Positions 37,432-52,451 of a stretch of DNA of 64,000 nt are shown piece by piece. The DNA is from Octopus sinensis (lineage: Eukaryota): the NCBI RefSeq assembly GCF_006345805.1, contig NC_043001.1, positions 57,970,001-58,034,000 of the forward strand, written 5' to 3'. Made by a program: the position numbers and the translations under genes. The notes below the pieces were generated by a model. The model made no database searches and had not been told where the DNA came from. It saw only the letters and a program-made list of their open reading frames with translations. Positions within the stretch are counted from its first letter, which is position 1; the number at the start of each line of letters is the position of its first letter.

Positions 37432-37915
37432 TGTAATAGTGGTGACAGTCATGCCTCACAATTTTTGACTGTAGCGAGATGGTTAAATCTGTGCCTTAAA
37501 TACACCTGTGTGGGCTCCAGATTGCTAGGTTTTGCAAACTGTTTTGTTACCAATCACTGTGTAGCATCACTCAAATACTTAAGCTGATTGGTTGGTTTAG
37601 GCGTTGTGCTTTGTTGAACATGTCAAGTGTCCTGTATCTTAACCCTGGCCGAGGCAGCAATTGTTGGGCTATTTTTAGAAATGTTGTATATAGCCTTTGT
37701 CAGGGATTTTTATATTTCAATTGTCATCATCATCATTGTCAGGACCTTAATCGTTGTTGCTAGTGGTGATGGTGGTGGCAATAGAACTTTTCAGCCTAAA
37801 TAAGATAATTTTCCTGCTATCTTCAGCTTGATCACCTTTAGTATTGCTGTTATTGTTAGTGGTCATGGTCGTAGCAGTAGAAGTAGTACCTCTAAGTATT
37901 ATTATTATTGCTTAT

Positions 37916-38200
37916 TTAGCTTGGGTTCGAATTTATCAATAAAATCTTTTCTCTAATTTTCCTCTCGATTTCACTTGGGCTGTATAATTTGTAGAATGGA
38001 AATATTATATATATTTTCCGACCACATGTTGCGAGGTGGTTACTCAAAGGTGTCTGACGGACCTCTGGGTCTCTAATCTGTTGTCGGTGTACACGCGAGC
38101 GTTCTGATAGTGCATTTCCCGTCTGACCTACATCTATTTCTTCACAATTTGGGCATGTGTGGTAAATCTCATCAACAGTAAAAAATATCTGAATTTTCAT
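37916..38200 (-). pseudogene. GIY-YIG endonuclease fragment of a Penelope-like element
   Basis: IYHTCPNCEEIDVGQTG..LSER.RVHRQQIRDP...LSNHLATC...ERKIREK: GIY-CxxC-YIG layout with the conserved R and E and downstream His residues. Confidence 0.8.
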
Positions 38201-38436
38201 GGGGGTTATGTATTTTTGACTTCTATATTTTAGCGTTGTAGGTACTCATGCGGTGCCTTTATGTATACGTACATATCTTATATTTTATGCATATATTAAT
38301 TAATTTACCTGTATGGCTAATAGCTCGCCTGCCACACGTGATGGTATTTTAATGATAACAACGCTTCTTACCATATATATATATATAAGTTAAAAATTTT
38401 AAATTATTAATTTATATTTATAAATTTATATATATA

Positions 38437-38490
<54 letters not shown>

Positions 38491-38499
38491 ATATATATA

Positions 38500-38898
38500 A
38501 CTCTTTACTCTTTTACTCTTTTACTTGTTTCAGCCACTTGACTGCGGCCATGCTGGAGCACCGCCTTTAGTCGAGCAACTCGACCCCGGGACTTATTCTT
38601 TTTGTAAGCCCAGTACTTATTCTATCGGTCTCTTTTTGCCGAACCGCTAAGTGACGCATCGGTTGTCAAGCAATGCTAGGTGAACAAACACAGACACACA
38701 AACACACACACATACATATATATATATATGTATACATATATACGACAGGCTTCTTTCAGTTTCCGTCTACCGAATCCATTCACAAGGCATTGGTCGGCTC
38801 GGGGCTACAGCAGAAGACACTTGCCCAAGATGCCACGCAGTGGGACTGAACCCGGAACCATGTGGTTGGTTAGCAAGCTACTTACCACACAGCCACTC

Positions 38899-38900
<2 letters not shown>
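38500..38900 (-). mobile_element. tRNA-derived SINE, near full length, with (AGAGTAA)n tail
   Basis: A and B boxes near 38900-38845; tail CTCTTTACTCTTTTACTCTTTTAC at 38501. Confidence 0.9.
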
Positions 38901-38991
<91 letters not shown>

Positions 38992-39719
38992 TTTTTTTAT
39001 ATAATTAGGTGTTTTGCTTCTAAACATTCTTTCGAGAATTCAAAATTCTAGAAGCTTAAATTTCCTTTGTGAAGTTTCGTGTAAATATCGATATCAATTA
39101 TATTTAGTGCTGCTAATAGTAACTGATGGTGACAAGGTAGGTGTAGCATCGTGGTGATGATATGGCTTTCATTGATTTTATATTGTGATATGTATGCTGC
39201 TATGATACTGTTGTTGGCGTTGGTGATGGCAAATTTCGTTATGGGGCGGAATGCTGTTATTGATGATGGTGTTTTCTTTGTTTGGAATGGTGTTTAGCTA
39301 GTTGATATCGATACTCCTATTTATATTTCATTTAAAAATATCTTATATATCACCACATCGCTAGCTAGTTGGCACCATTTCTATGTTTGGGCATTTGAAA
39401 ACAAAAGTTCCGGAAACTTGCTGAACTTGTTGTCCCAATGGGAGAAGAGAAACTGGCAAATGGACCAAATGAGGTTTTTGCTAACTTAATAAGAAATATA
39501 TAATAGATAGTCGTAATAAAAAATGTGTAGAGATGTGAATAAATCAAAGCTTAAAAGAGATTGCACTTGTTTCTATTGTTGAAATGATGATGAAGATGCT
39601 GATGCTGATGATAATTTTGAATAACAATTATAAGAATAATGATGTTGCAGACAATGACGACAACGACGACGATGATGATAATAATCTGATAAAAATATGA
39701 CTACTGAATAAATTTTGAC

Positions 39720-39910
39720 GGAAGGCCAGCAAATTCCGGGGGAGGTGTAAGTCGATCACATCACCCACTGCTCAACTGGTACTTATTTTATCGACATGGA
39801 AAGGTTCGAAGGTAGAGTAGACATCGGTGACAAGTGAACCTAGAACGTGAAGACGGACGAAATGGTGCATTTTACCAAGCGTGCTAACGATCTGACAGCT
39901 CACTGCCTTA
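39720..39910 (-). mobile_element. Diverged Meta-like SINE
   Basis: CTGGTACTTATTTTATCGAC...CGTGCTAACGATCTGACAGCTCACTGCCTT is similar to 4790-4935. Confidence 0.75.
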
Positions 39911-39919
39911 AACTACTAA

Positions 39920-39952
39920 ATAATAATAATGATAATAATGATGATGATGATA

Positions 39953-39991
<39 letters not shown>

Positions 39992-39996
39992 TGATG

Positions 39997-40036
<40 letters not shown>

Positions 40037-40056
40037 TGATGATGATAATAATAATG

Positions 40057-40095
<39 letters not shown>

Positions 40096-40126
40096 GTAAT
40101 TATGATAATAATAATAATGATAACAA

Positions 40127-40200
<74 letters not shown>

Positions 40201-40210
40201 GTAATAATAA
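39920..40210. repeat. (AAT/GAT)n microsatellite
   Basis: Direct reading. Confidence 0.95.
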
Positions 40211-43200
40211 AGAGTAGGAGGTATTGGATGAAGAAAGATATTCCACTTATGTAACGATGATAACGATTGATGGGTGTCATGTGTGGCGAACAATTGTGAT
40301 TTATCTAATAGAAAACGGAAATATTTGTGAGTGCTAAGACCGATCCAAGACTTAGAATCTACTTGGAGACGATGTTTATACTGTAGATATTTTCTATATT
40401 TGAACAGCATACTGGTCAAAAACAATCTGTTAAACAGTATAATGATCTCAAGCGAGTGAACTACCGTCGAAATTGAAACTTAATATGATTGTACACATAT
40501 ATTGCATTTCAGACTCTCATCTACAAAGCAGGTTCTGAAAATACTACTGTCTCTTCTACTCGATCATATATGAAGATCTGAATATGAACTGTGAAAGAAA
40601 AATAATTTGTGTGGCAACCAGTGCCGTGTACTCTGCGCCAGTTAAATGTAGTGTTGCTTCTGAAATCATGTCTATAACTTCAGAAATGTGGCCTCAATGA
40701 AACCATTAAGCTTAGGCACTATCGGTTCTATCTGAATTGGATGGAGGCTTCATTTGCCATGGTGTAATATTCTCGTAGAGATGGCGTTTCGAAAGCAAGA
40801 AGACACCATACAATATTCCAATCGCTATCCTCATATAGTTTCCTCTGGTCGTTATCCAGTTAATGCTGTCAAAAAACAAAAAAAAAAAGAAAATTGGAAT
40901 ATCAATAATTTAACATTGGAATTTTATTTAGGAACAGCACCAATGAAGCAAGGATTCCAGAAAATAATACTAGACAGTTAGAATTATATGGAAGCATTTA
41001 AACCACTGGCAGATACATTTGTTTATCAGGGATACAAGTATCTCAAACTTTGAATGCAGAAAAAGATCCATTCGGAATTACGACATATCAAATCCAGAAG
41101 GATATCAATAACTCTTAAGAGAACCAGGTGTATGCATCAGTTGAAGACAAAATGGAAATACAACGCCTGCATTCGAGGTAGAGGCAAGACGTAGCATAAA
41201 AGAGGGTAGAATTTTGATAAGGTAATGTCTGAAGAAACTTTAAAACAGACCCTTGCAAGCTGAATTCGAAACCAATGCAATTCAATTCAGTGGAATTAGT
41301 AAATGTGAAGACAGTAGTGCGAAATTGCATGAAAAGCAAATGTTATGATTAAAATGATAGCCTGCGAAACCATTTAAGTCATTAACACATTAACACCAGC
41401 GGGTGCTAATATAGTAGCAAAATTGTAAGAAGTGAAAGAAACGAAAAGTAGGACCTTTGTGGAAAAAGTGAATACTAACGTGAATATTAGTGATAAAAGG
41501 AATGTGGACCAGTGGGAGCAGGTCGAATTATTTCAAGGGGAAAAATGTTAGATGGAAGGTAATTTATCAGGTAAGGAATTATATCTCGGAGAGGGATCGA
41601 TAAATTAAAAGAGCAAAATCCGGAAAATCAGTTGAAATAAATATTTTGGGAAGAAATTTAGGAAGAAGGTAAAAAATACGAGAGGACACTGCATAAAGCA
41701 AGCAGAAAATTACAATGAAAATGTCGAAATTGGGAAATATATAACCATCAAAAGAGAAATATTTGAAAGGAAATAAAAAGGAAGGCAAGGAAACCAGTAA
41801 GGCCAGACTCTGTCTCTAGTTACTGGTGCTAGTAGAATGAAGATTTTATAATACAAAATTCATTCGGGAAAGATTATGCAGTCATCATATTAAAGTCATT
41901 CTGAGTAATTAAGTAAAGGCCTGAAACTATTGAGTGAAGGATAGATGAGCTGAAGAATATCTCAAGAAAATGAGAGAATAGCACACAATGAAATGATGGA
42001 TGAATACATCCACCAAATTCCAACAAACAGTTTCACACCGAACTTTATAAAAATTATATTTTCAACTACATATGCTACAAAAATCATCTGTATTGTTCAT
42101 TATGCTATTTGTCTTCTTTTACACGAAACCACATATCATTCCATTAGCTAAGTTTAACTACATGACTAAAATAACTAAACTGTACGTGTGTGTGTATATA
42201 CATATATATGTGTGTGTTTGTGTGTGTGTGTGTGTTTTGTGTGTGTGTGTGCGTGCGTTTATGTATATATATGTATATATGTGTGTGAGGAGTTATTTAA
42301 ATATAGATATAATTTCGAATACTGATTTTTTAATAATGATTTTAATCATAGGCACTTTCCACCTTCTCACAGCTTCGCCGTTGTTCATTTATTGAAGAAG
42401 TATAAAATAAGTATATTCAGAACAACTCCTAAATCAGCAAATTCATTGTTTTACGACCGAAGTTAACTTGTCAGCTGCTAAACTAATTTGAAATTGATGA
42501 GAACTTAGATGCTTTTATGTTCTCTTTCTGTGATCAAATATAGCTTTTGTACTAAAGAATCGTTTGTTAATGCTAATTAGTGACACCGTTGTATTGGACA
42601 TATGCCAGAACATCGCCTCGAGCTAGTCTTTTGCTACATAAATCAGTTTCAAAACTAATAAAGACATGACCACTGATTAGCTGGAGGTCACTCTAAATAG
42701 TGCATGCATGCATGCAGGCTTGTATGCTTGTATGAGCTCTAGTAATTGATGCAGCTCGTTCCAGTTATATGCAAAATTGCAGCCGTGCCAAATGTAACCA
42801 GGCAGAGCCGTCAAACATAGTTTTGGCATGAAGAAACCTCAAGTTTGAAAGAATAAATATAAGCATAGCGTTGATTATTGTTGTGGTGGAGTTGTCATTG
42901 GTTTCATTTCATTGTAGTTCCTGTAGTTTTTCGAGGTATGGGAAAAAAGATGGAGTTAATAGCGGTGCTGAAGTAGTAATGATGCGTGATGATATGCGCT
43001 TGCAATGAAAATTTTGTTGCTACTAATTATTTGATCGATGACGTTGATGATGATGAGAAGGAGGAATATTCCAAAAAATATATTGAATAGTAGGAGCATA
43101 CTTCATGGTATCCATACCCCGCACATTGCATTCAAGAGATTCTAAAGGATTTGAACTTAGACAATGAAGAGATGGTGTAACAAAATATGTCTAAACAATT

Positions 43201-44182
43201 TGATCTGCCTTAGAGTAACACGCTGCGGGTGTTTTGATTCTACTCTTTAATTTATGAAAGATTTCATCCACTTTATATCCAAAAGTTATCAACTAGGAAA
43301 AAATTAGGTTCATGTTTATATATTTAAATATTCACCTCAACATTGTGTGAAAGCTTTTGAAGCTATCCACGTAATTATTTTTAAAAGTACGGACACTACA
43401 AGTTTTTTTTATGCTTTGGTGTATGTCGTGTGAAATAGTCTAGAATATGACACATACTTCCGAAAATAGGATATGTAATACTATTATATTCATATGTATA
43501 CAAATGAATTCTACCATCAGAAAGGAAAAAAAGAAAAATGAAACAATGCACAACAAATTAATATCCTTTAGATGTTGAAAGCGCTTAGAGTTTGCTGTAC
43601 AAAGCGCATAAAAATATTGATCACATACTTCAAGTATTTCCATAAGAGTGCCATAAACGCTAAGTTTCTCACTGGTTCATTGGTTTTATGACGGCCAGAT
43701 TAACGAGGGAGTTACTCTGTATTACGGGTGTATGAATGGGATAAATACAATTTTCGTGAAACGTAGACACGCGCACGCAAGCACATGCTCACCCATACAC
43801 GCACACAGAAAAAAACACACGAACATGCACATACAAATTTTCCCCACACACAAATACGCCGAACTGCAGCAAAAGTATACTTCTATCTTTGAAATTCCAC
43901 GTACAGGGCATTAATGAAACTAAGGCTATAGTTTAAGCTATTTGTGCTAGGATATACTAGCAACAACGTAAGAAAGTTTTGCATCTTCCTTACTTTGGAG
44001 ATGAGTATTTGAAAGAGTAATTTCCTGAAAATAACCACACACCGCTCCTAAGGTACATGCTATCACTTTCTTACTCATTTCTATTTTCTGTTTCAAAATA
44101 CTAGTGATATATTGTTACGAGCAAAAGTTTCGTAAGTCCTTAAACATATTTAGAATTTTCCATAAGCAATATTTTCTATGAA

Positions 44183-44410
44183 CTAAGCGAACTAGCAGAA
44201 ATGTTAGCACGCCGGGCCGGACGGTATTTCGTCTGTTCTCAGTTCAAATTCCGCCGAGGTTGACTTTGCCGTTCATCCTTTCGGGGTCGATAAAGTAAGA
44301 ACCAGTTGCCTACTGGGGTCGATAAAGTAAGAACCAGTTGCCTACTGGGGTCGATCTAATCGACTGCGCCGCACCTCCAAAATTCCGGCCTTGTGCCTAG
44401 AGTAGAAAAG
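44183..44410 (+). mobile_element. Meta-like SINE with 15-bp TSD and internal 32-bp duplication
   Basis: TSD AATATTTTCTATGAA at 44168-44182 and 44411-44425; GGGGTCGATAAAGTAAGAACCAGTTGCCTACT at 44283 and 44315. Confidence 0.9.
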
Positions 44411-45029
44411 AATATTTTCTATGAAGTTCAGCATTATATACATCGGTGAGGATGCTTTATAGACAAAAAGGTGTGCATACTTGTCATTTACACAGCCTCC
44501 GACCACCAAAAAGAAAAGTGCTGAATTTTCCCTTGGAAACTAAAATTGCCAAAACAGATTCATTCTTAATCAGTTTAAATCGTCAATTGTTTGCTTACAG
44601 AATTTCTATCAAACGCTGCTCACTTTCTGATCTTGCTCTTTTAAAGCTGAATTTCAGCTAATGTTTTCTTCATATTTACATGCGGCATATAATATATCAT
44701 CTTTTACTTTCTTTAACAAAACAGGCCTAAATGAAGAGAATAATTCTAGCTGCGTTAAATAATTTTTTTTTATGATATTACTTCACGCATTTCTTTAGAT
44801 TATGTTGCAAAATTAGAGTGCCTGCGCAATTAATATTGCCAAACTCTGCTTTCTAAATCTCTTTAACAAAGATTTATATTTGTATTTGTAAAGCAGCAAA
44901 TCATGAAAGATATTCCAAATATTTAAGCTTATAAAGAATCTATATATTAAAGAATATATTGACTAATTTTCTGAAAGGCGCATTACTTAATATTCACTTT
45001 ATCGATGTATGTCAATAAGTATATGCGTA

Positions 45030-45060
<31 letters not shown>

Positions 45061-45826
45061 TTACGCACATACACACACACACACACGTATGTATGTGTAT
45101 ATATATATGTGTGTGTATGTGTAAGTATGTATTTACCTATACATGTACATATATGATATGTACATTAAAACAAACACCAACACGCATGCTCACACGTCTG
45201 CACATATTTACACAGAGCAATGTGCGCCTAACCACATGTCCAGGAGGGAGTGTTTATACTAATGGAATTTCTAAACTTTTGTTTTTATTTAGATTTGTAT
45301 ATTGAAAAGAAAATACAACGTAAACTGGAAAATGTTAGATAAAATAGAATACGTCGAACATCATTGTGAAGTAATTGATGAAGAAAAATATTTTTGAGAA
45401 GAACAATCCTAATAGACTACAGAGTAAATAGATTTCATTTGATTGTTTCTTATATCTTCATGTTGAAATCAGAGAGGCTGGAAAACTTTCAAGAAAAACC
45501 TTTAGTTAAAAAGTTTTCAATGGAAAATGGAGGAATGAAATGAAGGATTCTGTTAAAGTAAGAAAAAAATTAATTCTTCTGCCTCTTTAATGGCTTTCTA
45601 GAACAACTACAAACGCATATAAGCATTGTATACTATACACGTAACGCAATTTTGATGCACATATATACATAACGCGCAGGCTTCTGTATAGAGTAACATA
45701 ACAATTTCTCACATATAAAAGGGTATAAGTATCATATACACCCCCACTCAACCAATTCCCTACACATACATACATACATACATACATAAATACATACATA
45801 TATACATACATACCTACACACATACG

Positions 45827-45898
<72 letters not shown>

Positions 45899-45951
45899 CA
45901 CATACGTATTTATGAAGACATAAAATGAAAGGCATGCAAATACGTATTTTT

Positions 45952-45995
<44 letters not shown>

Positions 45996-46500
45996 TATAT
46001 ACATATATTTATTTATACACATATATGCAAATACTTAAACATACATGTATACATCCAATTACAGCGAAAAAATAAAGGAATATATGAACAGTGCGAAATA
46101 CACAAAAATATGTACCCTTACAAAAATGCACATATATGTGAACGTTCAAAGATAAACGAATACGCACACAAGATTTTTGTACGCAACGCAACAAATCTAC
46201 ATGCGCACGCATCCACACACCAATAAATGTATGTGCATATTTTTATTTACATATATGCATACAAAGTTATGGAAATGGTGAGGAAACACACACGCATTAA
46301 TACGAACTCATGTTTATTTAAAATATTTCTGTAAAAATTCTTAGAATATGCATTGTGACGTAGTCAAATCCTTTATTTAAGGCCCAGGCACAGGCACAGA
46401 AATACGGGCTCGCGCGCTCACTCGTATATATATATATATATAAGTTAATCTATCTCTATCTGTCTGTTTGTCTGTCTACATATCTCTCTCTCTCTCTCTT

Positions 46501-46531
<31 letters not shown>

Positions 46532-46579
46532 GTATGTATATTTATAATCTATTTCGATAAAGATGATATTCTGAAACTT

Positions 46580-47345
46580 CTAAACTACATTCCTTAAGGT
46601 AAAACTCTCATGGTATACAACAACATCAAAATCTTGTGAGTAATTGTGGGCAATAGCATGAGCTGGGCCTCTCATATAAACAGTAAAGTAGAAATGGCCC
46701 GCATTATGTATTCCTGGGTTCTCAGAACCTCCCAGTCGAGAGATATCAACGCCATTATCCTTCCCTTTTCCACTTTTGTCCGACCGCCCTTGAATACTAT
46801 TGATCAATGCGGTGTCCCCACAGGAAGTAAAGTATCATAAAATTGAAGCACCACAAACGTCAATTTCAAAAAAGATAGATAGTATGACAGGCCCTGATAT
46901 TGGGGTCGACTAGAAAAGTTCAAGCTTTATTCTCTACGACACCGCCGTGAGCGCTACATCGTCTGCATGATGTGGAAAATATTCCATCAACATTGCAAAA
47001 ATGATGTTGGCATCGCATTTACGATACACCTAAGTCTTGGGCCCCGTACTATCCGTACACAACAAAAATCATACTCGCATGACATAACAACAATATGACA
47101 CAATTATATCACCTCTCTTTAACATTACACCAAAACACATTAACTCCATAAACTTCAAGAAGTTTTCGGACAAATTACTTCAAAAATACCCAGAGAAACC
47201 TCCTACATTTGGATAAGTCTACGCAAAAATTGACTCTCTACTTGAGTGGGCTATGTTGTCCGATTCTTGATTTGAATTACTTTGCCAGGTGGTGCTATTA
47301 AGTCAGACATGGCCTGGGCCAATACTGGCAAAAACCTTTCAAAGA
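46580..47345 (+). mobile_element. CR1-group LINE 3' fragment
   Basis: MSWASHINSKV...WVLRTSQSRD...FSTFVRPPL, then RLEKFKLYSLRHRRERY-like CR1 post-RT motifs and a 3' UTR before (TA)n. Confidence 0.8.
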
Positions 47346-47457
47346 AAATATATATATGTAAGTAGGTATGTATGTATATATGTATGTATACCTATATATA
47401 TATATATATGTATGTATGTATATATGTATATATATATGTATATATATATGTATACAT

Positions 47458-47512
<55 letters not shown>

Positions 47513-47524
47513 TATATATATATA

Positions 47525-47860
47525 ATGGCGTTCACTCATGATCGAGGAAGACCGTTGCAAACCTTCAGGAACATGGTGTGCTCTAGCACTAACTTATATT
47601 TTGCATTTGTGGCTCCGTTGTCAGCTAATGTGCCCTACTCTTGACAAGCATACACGATTGGAAACATTGCAAACCAAGCTTTCCCCAGTCACTACACCTG
47701 CAGTGCGCTTTCGAGCAGCACGCTGAAGTCCTTTATGGAGAATACGTGCTCTCTCAAAAGTGTCGACTCTCGCCTTAATCTACTTCCTTCATCTGTGGTG
47801 ATGACAGGCATTGCTCTCTTAGTTAGTCTTCTGTATGTCACAGGCCTTTAATGAGACCTC
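47525..47860 (-). mobile_element. RTE-like LINE 3' end remnant
   Basis: Minus translation [20 protein letters not shown] resembles the RTE C-terminal CxxC..SRxGL.SH.R.H motif. Confidence 0.6.
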
Positions 47861-50800
47861 ATTGACATAAATATATATATTACACTCATATGCTAACTCA
47901 CACAAATACAGCTACGCAGATGTAGCTATCGGTATAATATTCCTGTATTTAAACCTGAGGTTTTCTGTTCTTAACTACCCTGAGTCTTTGTTCACCATTT
48001 CGTTTTCTCCACCCCATTTTTTGAGCCGGTCTTCTTAAATATTTGCCGTGCCTAAATCTACTTAATTTTCCGTATGTTTGCTCATGTTTTCTCATCCTGC
48101 CTAATAATTATGTCTACACGCATCTCCATGCTTTTTTAAAGATATGTAAATAGAAATTATATCAATATGTCGTAGCGATGTAGCATTAAGGTAAATAAGT
48201 ATAATCGTTTCAAATGGAACTTAGAAAGCAAAGAACCAGATGAGATGGAGTGAAGTACTCTGGCGTCTGCGTCAAAGATTCCGTCAGCTTTCGCTTTATG
48301 AGAAGCAAGCACAATAAGAAAAGTATCACCAGCAGAATGTTTAACATACCCAAAATATAAATTAGTTTGATCGCATGAAAGGGAGAAAATGGGACACGGT
48401 CATTATATTCCAAGAAATTCTTTAGTCGTGTAATAAATAACAATCTATTTTATTAACATTCCGGGTAAATGTCAAAAGTGACAAACAGAAAATGATTGAC
48501 TGGTGCTTCTCCATTATATTTGCTTACGATGTCAAATTTAAAAACGCATATATCCAGTTTATTTAGGACCATAGAAGAGAATACCTGCTGACATTCTCTA
48601 GGGTATTTTGTATGTATGATGAATCTATATCACAATTTCCTATTACATGTATTGTGAAGTTGATGAACTGATATCAGTAGAAGGTAGTATTCAAAGCTGC
48701 TTTCATATATCGATGTGAGAGAGTAATGTAAGAGACAGATACATTTGCCTCAATTTGATATCACAGCCAGATTTCGTATGGAAAGGGACACAACCAGGGG
48801 AAACTTCAGTAATGGGAGAGTGAATTGATAAGTTGATTTTCCTTCAATAGAACAGAGATTTTAATCATGAAAATACCATAGGACTATGCTGAATCCCACC
48901 ACAGCCACACTTTCTAATATTAATCACCAGCATACAACAAAGGAACTCACAATACAGTGCCATTTCACTCTGTAATGAAACCGCTACTGAGTTTTGATCC
49001 ATGGTGTTCAGAGTTAAAAATTTCGGTATCATCACCTTATGTATCACATAATATCAAAATTTTAGTCATAATAAGTTATTAACGCATACGTAAGTGTTAC
49101 TAGCTGGATAACATATTTTCATTTATGCTGCAAAATTCAAAGAAATGCACGAGATTTCTCCCCAAACAGTCTAGCCGAAAATTCCCGGAGGTTCACTAAC
49201 GCATATAACAGCTTGTAATTTCTAAGTCATGTCAGAGAGCCACCCAACCATCGACAGGAATCCATGTCCCTTGTCTCAAGGGCATAGTCCCTCCCTCATT
49301 TCTAATTTTGCTACGCAATATATTTATGCAGAAGTTATCTGTCTCCGCATGTTGTGTCGAATAATGCTCAATAAGTAAAATGGTTGCACTGTCTTCTGAA
49401 AAAATCTAGAAATTTGCCTTACAAAGCATTCCTAACGGTTTTATTTGTCAAAAGTCACAGTTGTTCGATTGTAAATATAAACGACGCTGATCAATAAAAT
49501 ATTTGAAAAATCAAGCACAAATTAACGAACATTGAGAACGGTGAATAAAATATGTATTCCTATGTAATAAAATATATACAACTAACCACCATACTAAAAT
49601 GCATTGCTGGTTCGTGTTATGGCTACATATATATTATTCTGGTAACACCAGAATAATACAGCGGTCACAACTTTATTACAGTTACTATTACAATATTCCA
49701 GATAACCCCTACATACCAATAACTATCGGCATGTCAGAAGAACACTAGCGCTACACTGCTACATCTATTTCATATCGCTACAATCATAACCGCATCAATA
49801 TATTACCAGTGAGATTGCCACTGCAACATTAGATATAAAAATTCAGCCCTATTGGTATAAATATTTTCCTTTATTAGTTAGTGTTTTTTTTTAAATACTC
49901 GTAATAAGGATGGTAACATAGGATCAATTAAGTGCTATTAAGAAGTAAATAATCATCCTTTTCTGTAGTAAGAAAATTTTTCTCTAATAACATATTGACA
50001 AATTTCTCCGAAACATCTCTTTGTCACTAACTAATTACTACATAACTCAAGCCCACGTACTAAAGGAAGATTTTTAACTGAAAAGAGACTATGTAAAGCC
50101 AAGGAATAATTCAATGCATCACATTTCGACGATGGCTTTACGGGCCAAAATTTCGAAGTCACTATTAATAATATCTTTGTTTGACATTTCTTTCTCCATT
50201 GAACTCTTTGCTCATTCTCACAAGTGTTGCCTTCTTAAAACCTACAGGCACCCACTCCTAATTCAACCTTTTTTTTCTCCACACCACCCACACCAAACTG
50301 GCCACCCCTACACCCGTATTCCTAATTTCAACATCACCGATGTCTCTCCAGCCGCGACCAAGATTTTGTGACTCAGTCTGAATATTCGGCACTCCAGTTC
50401 ACTCTTCGCGGATATCCTCCACATTTTTGTCCAGGCCACCTTCATCCATGGCACTCAAGTTGATCGCACTTCTGCCCTTTCACCTTCACCACACTTGTAT
50501 CCCAAATGCATCCACTTCCTACTCCTTTTCCACCCCTCTACTCCTTTGTCGGAAAATCCTATGGGCCTTCCGTCGTCTCCAATCCGATTCAACCAATCTA
50601 TGTTTGCCCTAACCTATCCCACTCTTGCCCTCCTTCAAACGAGTAAGTCATGTCCGACTGCACAGAGATCCTAGGAATGAAATCACTCTGTTGCTGTGCA
50701 ATCCTGATTACGATAAATTTTTGGAATTATATCGAAACTTCAACATTAATTTGCATCCTTGCATATCTAAAGGTTTTATATTGTCATAGATTATTTGAAG

Positions 50801-51324
50801 CTGTTCTCTAAAAAAATAAGTTAGTTTCTTACAAAAATAAAATGTCAGAGATGAACTAACCAAACAATATCATATTTTGAACGCAAGACTTGAGCAGAAT
50901 GTGATTTTCGCAAAAGTCAGACTGCCTCGCGTTACTCACTTCTGTTATTGATTGTTGGCGTCAGATTATTAATGAGGTTGGCCAACCTCATCATAAAATT
51001 GCCGACGAATCAATCAGTTGGCTTGATGGTAACTGTTATCTCCTGAGGGTAGATCATCTTGTCTTTTTCTCTTTTTTTTTGGTATGGAATCTTACAAAAT
51101 TAAACTTTGACAAAGAGAATAAATCAGTGTTGCTGAGTTGTTCAATCTCGAATATAATGTTTCCAACAAAGTTTTTGAATTCGTAATATATGTGTTGACA
51201 TCCACCTGAGAGAAAGTATGGATTAAGATCTCGTATGTAAGCCAATATTCTATTTGAAATCTAATCATGCCAGAAGTATGACTTTTTTGTATTTTCATAA
51301 TCATAGTCCACAGTTAATTAAAAT

Positions 51325-51470
<146 letters not shown>

Positions 51471-52063
51471 GCCCTACCGTGGCTGGGAAGGTTGGGTGTG
51501 GAAAACAGGTCCACAAATGTAAAATGAATTAACGCCCAAATAAAAGGTATATCTATTGGTTGACTCCCATGATCTGTCGAAATTCCAGGGGAATATGGAG
51601 CGTAAGATTGACATGATTTCATGGAAACCATGAGATTTCACAAAATGGTCTCTCTATCGCAAGGATTACAGTTGTAATTTTAATATTGTGCCGGCTAGAA
51701 GTAAGGAACTGAAGTATCTCTCAATGTGAATATTCTTCTAACTTTACTACAGAGTATTACTTTCTCTATACATATTCATGTAGTTCCTGTTTATACTAAC
51801 ATAAAGCTACTACGTGCGATGAGAAATTTGTGATATTGTGTAAAATTGCAAAAGAAAAAAATGTTCAAGTAGTAATTTGCAGTCCATGATGATATCGATG
51901 ATGCAGAATTCCATTCCTCTCTAGTTGTTCACATAATCTCATTAAATTCCAGATACTACAAAGTAAGGAACAGGAATCTGCAGAGATTAAGGCACTGGAT
52001 AGCATATTCCTTTAAAATATTGACTATTATGTGTTAATATATGTATGCATGCATCTATATATA

Positions 52064-52108
<45 letters not shown>

Positions 52109-52134
52109 ATATACATGCATGCTTACATATATAT

Positions 52135-52177
<43 letters not shown>

Positions 52178-52353
52178 GCATGCTTACATGTACACAACAC
52201 AGACACACAACACATTTATATGTGTAAGTTTGTGAGTACATATGCATGAATGCATATATGTATTCGCATGTTTATCTATAAATATGTGTGCGTATGCGCA
52301 TATATATAACACACACACAGTCACACACATATACATATCTATATCTATCTACA

Positions 52354-52451
<98 letters not shown>

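Larger units (their letters stand above)
37229..38200 (-). mobile_element. Penelope-like retroelement 3' fragment
   Basis: GIY-YIG remnant, then 3' region, hammerhead and inverted terminal duplication in (TA)n. Confidence 0.75.

Noticed and set aside
50270-50640. C-rich segment possibly derived from a retroelement
   Set aside because: No motif could be assigned with confidence by eye.
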